A DNA stretch of 64,000 nucleotides, taken from the NCBI GenBank assembly GCA_029547265.1, contig JAKPPP010000426.1, positions 9,206-73,205 on the forward strand, in the 5' to 3' direction. The position numbers and the translations under genes were made by a program. The DNA is from Bacteroidota bacterium (lineage in GTDB: Bacteria; Bacteroidota; Bacteroidia; AKYH767-A; OLB10). How positions within the stretch are numbered: the first letter of the stretch is position 1; each line of letters begins with the position of its first letter. Of the stretch, positions 58,316 through 64,000 are shown in pieces. A model generated the notes under the pieces. It did not search any database. It had not been told where the DNA came from and worked only from the letters and a program-made list of their open reading frames with translations.

Positions 58316-60442
58316 ATGTCAGCGAAAACTGTTTTATCGGTAAAAGGGATGACTTGTGCAAGTTGCGCTCAAGGAATTACTCGTCATCTCAACAAAAAAG
58401 GGTACTCGGATGTCCATGTTTTTTATGAAACCGGACAAGTAGAAATAGAAAATATGCGGGAATCCTCGTTAAATGAGGTAATTTCTGAAATCAATAGTTT
58501 AGGGTACAAAGCAGCAACACCTGAAGAAACTCATCATGATCACGGCTCATGGTCGGCATTAAAAATTAAATTCGGGATATCGGTACTTTTCACCATCCCT
58601 TTGCTTTTACCGATGCTAATGCATATTCCTCAATTGCATCAACCAATAGTACAGCTTATATTAAGTACACCGGTAGTAATTATCGGCATAATGCATTTCG
58701 GCAAAAGTGCATGGGGATCATTAAAGCATGGTATACCCAATATGGATGTACTCATAGCGATAGGTTCATTAACAGCCTATATATATTCGATAGCCGGTTG
58801 GATGATGTCGGATAGTCATGAAGCATCGATGCAATATCTTTTTTTCGAGACATCGGCAACAATTATTACGCTTGTATTACTTGGGAATTTGATAGAAGAA
58901 AACAGTCTGAAAAAGACAAATTCTGCTCTCGAAATGCTTACTGCTTTACAACCACAAAAAGCGAATCGAATTGTAGATGCATTAACTGAAAAAGAGAGAA
59001 CAGTAGAAATCGCGATCGACCTTTTAAATCCGAATGATTTAGTACTAATAAGAACCGGAGAAAGAATTCCTGCTGACGGTACAGTGTATGAAGGTTCGGC
59101 AGTAATAGATGAGGCATCGATGACCGGAGAATCATTACCTGTCGAAAAAAACATCAACGACAAAGTGATGGCGGGCACGATTGTAGAAGATGGAAGTATT
59201 AAAATTTTTGTTGAAAAAACGGGAGCGAAAACAATATTATCGTCGATGATAGAGTTAGTAAAGCGCTCGGCACTTCATAAACCATCGATACAAAGATTGG
59301 GAGATAAAATCAGTGCGATATTTGTTCCTGCAGTAATTCTAATATCGATAATCACCTTCCTCCTATCCTATTTCGTATTCGACATAATATTACCTCAGGC
59401 AATCATGCATTCGATTGCTGTATTAGTTATATCATGTCCTTGTGCCATGGGATTAGCAACACCAACAGCAGTATCAGTAGGCATTGGAAGAGCTGCTAAA
59501 AGCGGGATATTAATCAAAGGTGGAGATACATTAGAAAGATTATCGGAAACTGAAACAATTGTATTCGACAAAACAGGAACACTTACAACAGGGAAATTTG
59601 CAATAAAATCGGTTAACTACCATACAGAAAAGGAAACAGCAGATTACCTACTCTATACCTTAGAGCAATACAGCAATCACCCAATAGCAAATTCAATCAA
59701 TGAGCACTATAGTGAATACTCATTCCTAAAGCCTGCGGTGATACTTAGCGACATAAAAGAAGAAAAAGGAAAAGGTATAACTGCAATTGATAAAGAAGGA
59801 ATTAAATATACGTTAGGATCCTATAAAAGCATTAACAGAGCGGATATAGAATCGGGGCATCAAGTATATTTAATAAGAGGAACAGAATTATTGGCAACGG
59901 TAGACATAGAAGATGAAATTCGCGAAGACGCAAAAGAACTCATAGAGTGGTTTAAAGAAAGAAAAATTAAACCAATAATGTTAAGTGGCGACAGTACGGC
60001 TCGATGCAAAGAAGTAGCATTAGCGATTGGTATCGAAGAATACTATGGAGAACAATTGCCAACAGACAAAACCTCATTTATAGAAAAACTAAGTAAAGGT
60101 TCAAAAGTAACAATGGTTGGAGACGGAATTAACGATGCAGCGGCGCTATCATTATCAAATGTTGGGATAGCAATGGGAACAGGAGCTATAATAGCAATGG
60201 AAACATCGGACATAGTATTGATAAACGAGCGACATTTAAGTTCATTGAAAGAGGCCTTCAGGATATCGGCATTAACGATCACAACTATAAAACAAAACCT
60301 GTTTTGGGCCTTCTTTTACAATGTAATTGCAATACCTGTTGCGGGAATTGGGTTATTGAGTCCAATGATAGCATCACTATCAATGGCATTCTCTGACGTA
60401 ATAGTTATCGGGAACTCACTACGACTTAAGATCAAACGCTGA
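58316..60442 (+). CDS. copA: Heavy-metal (copper-type, P1B) translocating P-type ATPase
   Basis: One N-terminal HMA domain (GMTCASCA), TM CPC motif, DKTGTLT, SNHPIA (HP) and GDGINDAAAL. Confidence 0.9.
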   Translation: MSAKTVLSVKGMTCASCAQGITRHLNKKGYSDVHVFYETGQVEIENMRESSLNEVISEINSLGYKAATPEETHHDHGSWSALKIKFGISVLFTIPLLLPMLMHIPQLHQPIVQLILSTPVVIIGIMHFGKSAWGSLKHGIPNMDVLIAIGSLTAYIYSIAGWMMSDSHEASMQYLFFETSATIITLVLLGNLIEENSLKKTNSALEMLTALQPQKANRIVDALTEKERTVEIAIDLLNPNDLVLIRTGERIPADGTVYEGSAVIDEASMTGESLPVEKNINDKVMAGTIVEDGSIKIFVEKTGAKTILSSMIELVKRSALHKPSIQRLGDKISAIFVPAVILISIITFLLSYFVFDIILPQAIMHSIAVLVISCPCAMGLATPTAVSVGIGRAAKSGILIKGGDTLERLSETETIVFDKTGTLTTGKFAIKSVNYHTEKETADYLLYTLEQYSNHPIANSINEHYSEYSFLKPAVILSDIKEEKGKGITAIDKEGIKYTLGSYKSINRADIESGHQVYLIRGTELLATVDIEDEIREDAKELIEWFKERKIKPIMLSGDSTARCKEVALAIGIEEYYGEQLPTDKTSFIEKLSKGSKVTMVGDGINDAAALSLSNVGIAMGTGAIIAMETSDIVLINERHLSSLKEAFRISALTITTIKQNLFWAFFYNVIAIPVAGIGLLSPMIASLSMAFSDVIVIGNSLRLKIKR

Positions 60443-60446
60443 GAGA

Positions 60447-61766
60447 GTGCTTCAAAAAATCAAAAAATTCATAGGGAGCTTCAACAACACAGTACGAAGC
60501 CTTCAAATATTCCAACTTTTCCGCTTTGCGGGGATGTTATTAATTGGGGTTTTGTTAGCTAAGATGGAAGTACCGTTAGCTACAATCGGCATTTACGAAA
60601 GCACTTTATTTTTATCAGGAATTTGCACTTTCTTTTGGGTAAGTGGGATACTTAACAGTACGCTATCGGTATATCCGAACAAAAGTGAAAAAGAGAAAAA
60701 AAGTTTTCTGTTTAATATAGGAATCATATTAACAATTTTATCAATTATCACAACAGTTGCTGCAGGAGCATATTTATTCCTTACAAAGCAGAATATGGTA
60801 GCCGATGAATCGATAAAATTTGCGATAATAATATATATATTAATCAACACACCAACCTATTTTAACGAATACTACCTATTATTAACAGAACAAAAAAACC
60901 GACTAATAACTTACGGGGTAATAGGCTTTCTGATTAATGTCGCAGTAGTAATAGTCCCGATATATTTAACAGGAAAAATCCTCTACTCTATTTATGGGTT
61001 AATCCTATTTTCCGCGTTGAAGTTAATACTATTTGCAGGTATAATAGCAAGGAATACCATTCATCAAATTGACAAGCCACAAATTATATTATTTTTAAAG
61101 TCGGCAAGTCCATTAATCATTAGCATACTAATCAGCGGCTCGGCCGATTACATCGACAGTTGGTTGGTCGTTACCTATTTCGGCCAAGAAAAATTTGCTT
61201 TATTCAGGTATGGTGCCAAAGAGTTGCCATTATCGTTAATACTGGCAAATTCGATGAGCACGGCAATGATACCTATTTTAAGCTCGGGACGAAATATAAA
61301 GGACAACTTCGGGCAGTTAATAAAAGAAAGCAAGTTATTGATGAATTGGTTATTTCCGGCAACAATAATCCTATTAGTCAGCAGCAAACTACTATATCCA
61401 CTAATATTCAGTGAATCTTTTAGTGAAAGTTCAAGAATTTTCAACATTTACTTATTGCTTATCATAAGTAGGATGATATTTCCGCAATCAATAATGATGG
61501 CATTAAATGCCAAGCAAGAAATATTTCATACTGCAATTCTAGAAATAATAATTAACATTACTGCGAGTTACTTACTAATGTTAAAGTTTGGAATTCAAGG
61601 CATTGCATACGGAACTGTAATTGCATTTTTCACTGAAAAGCTAATATTGGCATTTCTTTTAAAATCAAAAGGAATTGATATTCAGGAGTATACACCTTTT
61701 CGTTTATGGGCTGGATATTCTACATTAATGGTTATTACATACATTCTTGTTGAAAACTTTCTATAA
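60447..61766 (+). CDS. Polytopic membrane protein, oligosaccharide flippase (Wzx/MOP)-like
   Basis: GTG start 4 nt after the copA stop. 439 aa with about 12-14 TM segments and size/topology like MOP-superfamily flippases. No diagnostic motif. Confidence 0.45.
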   Translation: MLQKIKKFIGSFNNTVRSLQIFQLFRFAGMLLIGVLLAKMEVPLATIGIYESTLFLSGICTFFWVSGILNSTLSVYPNKSEKEKKSFLFNIGIILTILSIITTVAAGAYLFLTKQNMVADESIKFAIIIYILINTPTYFNEYYLLLTEQKNRLITYGVIGFLINVAVVIVPIYLTGKILYSIYGLILFSALKLILFAGIIARNTIHQIDKPQIILFLKSASPLIISILISGSADYIDSWLVVTYFGQEKFALFRYGAKELPLSLILANSMSTAMIPILSSGRNIKDNFGQLIKESKLLMNWLFPATIILLVSSKLLYPLIFSESFSESSRIFNIYLLLIISRMIFPQSIMMALNAKQEIFHTAILEIIINITASYLLMLKFGIQGIAYGTVIAFFTEKLILAFLLKSKGIDIQEYTPFRLWAGYSTLMVITYILVENFL

Positions 61767-61935
61767 TTTTCTACCCTGTACCTACCCCTTAAAATTGTTA
61801 AAAGTGATTAGCTTTGTCACTTGCAGGTAAAATTCATGTTAAAGTCCATGTAGAATATGAAACAGCTTTCTTATATTTACCCCCCAGAACAAAACAAATA
61901 GTCTAATAATCCATAAAAAACAAAAACCATTAAAC

Positions 61936-63861
61936 ATGAAAAAACTACTACTTTGCGGTGTCGCACTATCGGTAGCTCTTTCTGTTTCGGCTCAAAATCG
62001 TGTAGGCAATAAAGTGCCTCTTGCAAATGCAAGCCGTTACAACAAAGTAGCAAAAGCAGAAAAGCAAACGACAGGAATCGACAACTACACACCATTACGT
62101 GCTGTTACAGCTCCTTCGTCTCATGCAACTGCAGGATACAAAACGAGTGCAACATTATCTGAGTACGTAATCGGAAATACGTTATACGATTTACAATCGA
62201 ACCGTGGACCGGCTCGTCGTGTCGTAAATAACGGTGACGGAACTATTTCCGCAGTTTGGACATTCTCAGCTAATCAGTCGGGATATCCTGATCGTGGAAC
62301 AGGTTACAACTATTTTGACGGAACAGCATGGGGAGCAATTCCAACAACTCGAGTAGAAGGAGTTAAAACAGGATTTGCTAACGTTTCTGTTGTAGGAGGT
62401 AATGAATTTACTTTAGCTCACAACGGAACTGGTTCAGGAGTACTTATGACAAGACCAAAAGGTAACGGAACTTGGACAACTTATTCTCCGGTTGGTGGAA
62501 CACCTCCAAGCACTGACGTTTGGTTCAGAATGGCTGCCGGTGGAGCTAACAACAATACAATTCATGCAATTGTAAATTCTCAAGGATCTGGAACAACTCC
62601 GGTATTAGGACAAAGTGGTCCGTTAACTTACTCTCGTTCAACTGACGGTGGAGCAACTTGGGATATTCAACACGTATTACTCCCTGGTGGTGATTCAGCG
62701 TTCTACGCAGGATTCAGTGCTGAAAACTACAGTATTGATTGTAGAGGTGACGTAGTTGCTATCGTTGCTGCTGACCTTATGTGTGACGTTGTTATGTGGA
62801 AATCTACAGACAATGGTACAACATGGACAAAAACAGTTATCGAGGCTGCTCCAATCCCTGCATATAACACTGCAGCTGATTACGCACCGCTTATCTCTGA
62901 TGCTGATGGTGATGGTATTGCAGATACTATCTTATCAAATGCAGGAGATCCTAACGTAACACTTGACAACAACAACATGGCTCACGTAACATGGAGCTCA
63001 ATGAGTTGTTTAGATGATGATACAACTGCTGGAACTTCTTTAGGAATTTTCTTAACTACATCAGGAATTAACTATTGGAATGAAAACATGTCTGCACCTG
63101 CTGAAGTTGCTGGTTTAGTTGACCAAAACAACGATGGTGTTTATACACTTCCAGCTGGTAATGGTACTGATTTACCTTTCGGTCGTTACGGAAACGGTGG
63201 TTTAACAATTCACCCACAAATTGGTTTTGATAGCTATAACAATGTATTCTTAGTTTACTCTGCAACTTCTGAGTTAACAGATTCATCAGCTTACAATGCA
63301 TCATTACGTCACATCTTCATTACTTATTCTTCTGATATGGGTGCAACTTGGTCAACTCCAGAAGACTTAGTTCCATCAGGAGCTCAAGGTGGAGACGGTG
63401 AATACCAAGAAGGTGTTTGGCCATCAATCGCAAGAGACAATGGATCAAATATTTATGTAGTTTACCAACGTGATCCGGTTCCGGAATATTTCGTTAACAA
63501 CACAACTACAGTTTATGGTCCACAAAACCAAGGTGTAACTAATGATATCATTTGCGTTACTTGGTCTAACCCGGTAGGTGTTAGTGAAATAACTAAATCA
63601 TCTTCATTCTCAATGAGTCAAAACTTCCCTAATCCTTTCAACGGATCAACACGTTTTGAACTTAACTTGAAAAACAATGCTGATGTAACTGTTGAAGTAT
63701 ACAATGTTTTAGGTAAATTAGTTAAATCAATGAATTTAACAGATTTAACTGCTGGTATCAATACAGTAACACTTGACTTAGCTGGATTAAACTCTGGATT
63801 ATATACTTATTCTGTAACTGTAGGTTCTGAAAAACTTACTCGTACATTAATGGTTAAATAA
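61936..63861 (+). CDS. BNR/Asp-box beta-propeller (sialidase-fold-like) protein with T9SS type-A C-terminal sorting domain
   Basis: Signal peptide. Three canonical Asp-boxes (SRSTDGGATW, KSTDNGTTW, SSDMGATW) and a DADGDGIAD Ca-loop-like motif. C-terminus QNFPNPFNGSTRFELNL...VEVYNVLGKLV...GLYTYSV...RTLMVK is the Por_Secre_tail pattern. Confidence 0.8.
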   Translation: MKKLLLCGVALSVALSVSAQNRVGNKVPLANASRYNKVAKAEKQTTGIDNYTPLRAVTAPSSHATAGYKTSATLSEYVIGNTLYDLQSNRGPARRVVNNGDGTISAVWTFSANQSGYPDRGTGYNYFDGTAWGAIPTTRVEGVKTGFANVSVVGGNEFTLAHNGTGSGVLMTRPKGNGTWTTYSPVGGTPPSTDVWFRMAAGGANNNTIHAIVNSQGSGTTPVLGQSGPLTYSRSTDGGATWDIQHVLLPGGDSAFYAGFSAENYSIDCRGDVVAIVAADLMCDVVMWKSTDNGTTWTKTVIEAAPIPAYNTAADYAPLISDADGDGIADTILSNAGDPNVTLDNNNMAHVTWSSMSCLDDDTTAGTSLGIFLTTSGINYWNENMSAPAEVAGLVDQNNDGVYTLPAGNGTDLPFGRYGNGGLTIHPQIGFDSYNNVFLVYSATSELTDSSAYNASLRHIFITYSSDMGATWSTPEDLVPSGAQGGDGEYQEGVWPSIARDNGSNIYVVYQRDPVPEYFVNNTTTVYGPQNQGVTNDIICVTWSNPVGVSEITKSSSFSMSQNFPNPFNGSTRFELNLKNNADVTVEVYNVLGKLVKSMNLTDLTAGINTVTLDLAGLNSGLYTYSVTVGSEKLTRTLMVK

Positions 63862-63886
63862 TTCGGTTTAAATACCCAATAAAAAA

Positions 63887-63919
63887 GGGTGTCTTGATTA
63901 ATTCAAGACACCCTTTTTT
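63887..63919. terminator. Strong hairpin terminator (probably bidirectional)
   Basis: Perfect 11-bp stem GGGTGTCTTGA / TCAAGACACCC with a 5-nt loop, A6 on the left and T6 on the right. Confidence 0.75.
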
Positions 63920-64000
63920 ATTGAGTTAATTAAAAGAAATTATTCGTTCGTTCTTATTTGATATCAAGCAATGAATCAACTCCAATAAAACGTTCAACAA

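Noticed and set aside
63926-64000. Possible 3' end of a minus-strand gene at the right window edge
   Set aside because: Two minus-strand frames are open for only 14-24 codons (stops at 63954-63956 or 63926-63928). That is too short to choose a frame or assign any product.

Overview
This is an AT-rich chromosomal segment that is clearly Bacteroidota. The evidence is T9SS type-A and type-B C-terminal sorting domains, a PorQ-like gene, DUF3822/DUF4920/DUF5683-type genes, two short (~287 aa) primary-type sigma factors, TAnnTTTG -7 boxes, and no Shine-Dalgarno sequences. I call 48 complete CDS plus one edge fragment, one tRNA-His(GTG), about a dozen hairpin terminators and a set of consensus promoters. 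I saw no rRNA, CRISPR array, transposase, integrase, phage gene or recognisable defence gene. Most of the window is housekeeping: rsmD, coaD, pyrD, smpB, glyA, guaB, trxB, dapB, lepB, fbaB, accD, rpsO-pnp, rpoD, rpe, mltG, dapF, htrA, gap and a copA-like ATPase. Six loci fall outside that core. (1) A 9.1-kb monocistronic gene for a 3,031-aa T9SS type-B-CTD surface protein, built from a reiterated four-cysteine two-domain module and containing six in-frame 570-bp tandem copies. (2) A 707-aa secreted protein whose central ~440 aa is an Ala/Lys/Glu/Gln repeat with a recurring DS(I/L)A motif and a 186-nt higher-order repeat. (3) A heptaheme (7 x CXXCH) TPR lipoprotein translationally coupled inside a dapF-GNAT-x-mltG operon. 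(4) A DtxR/MntR-like repressor overlapping an Nramp transporter fused to an ATP-type USP domain, with a perfect palindrome on its -7 box. (5) A second rpoD-like sigma factor 8.4 kb from the first. (6) An orphan 257-aa gene followed by a 400-bp very AT-rich spacer between accD and rpsO. All family assignments come from motifs I recognise by eye; no HMM or BLAST search was possible. Coordinates of small motifs were counted by hand.
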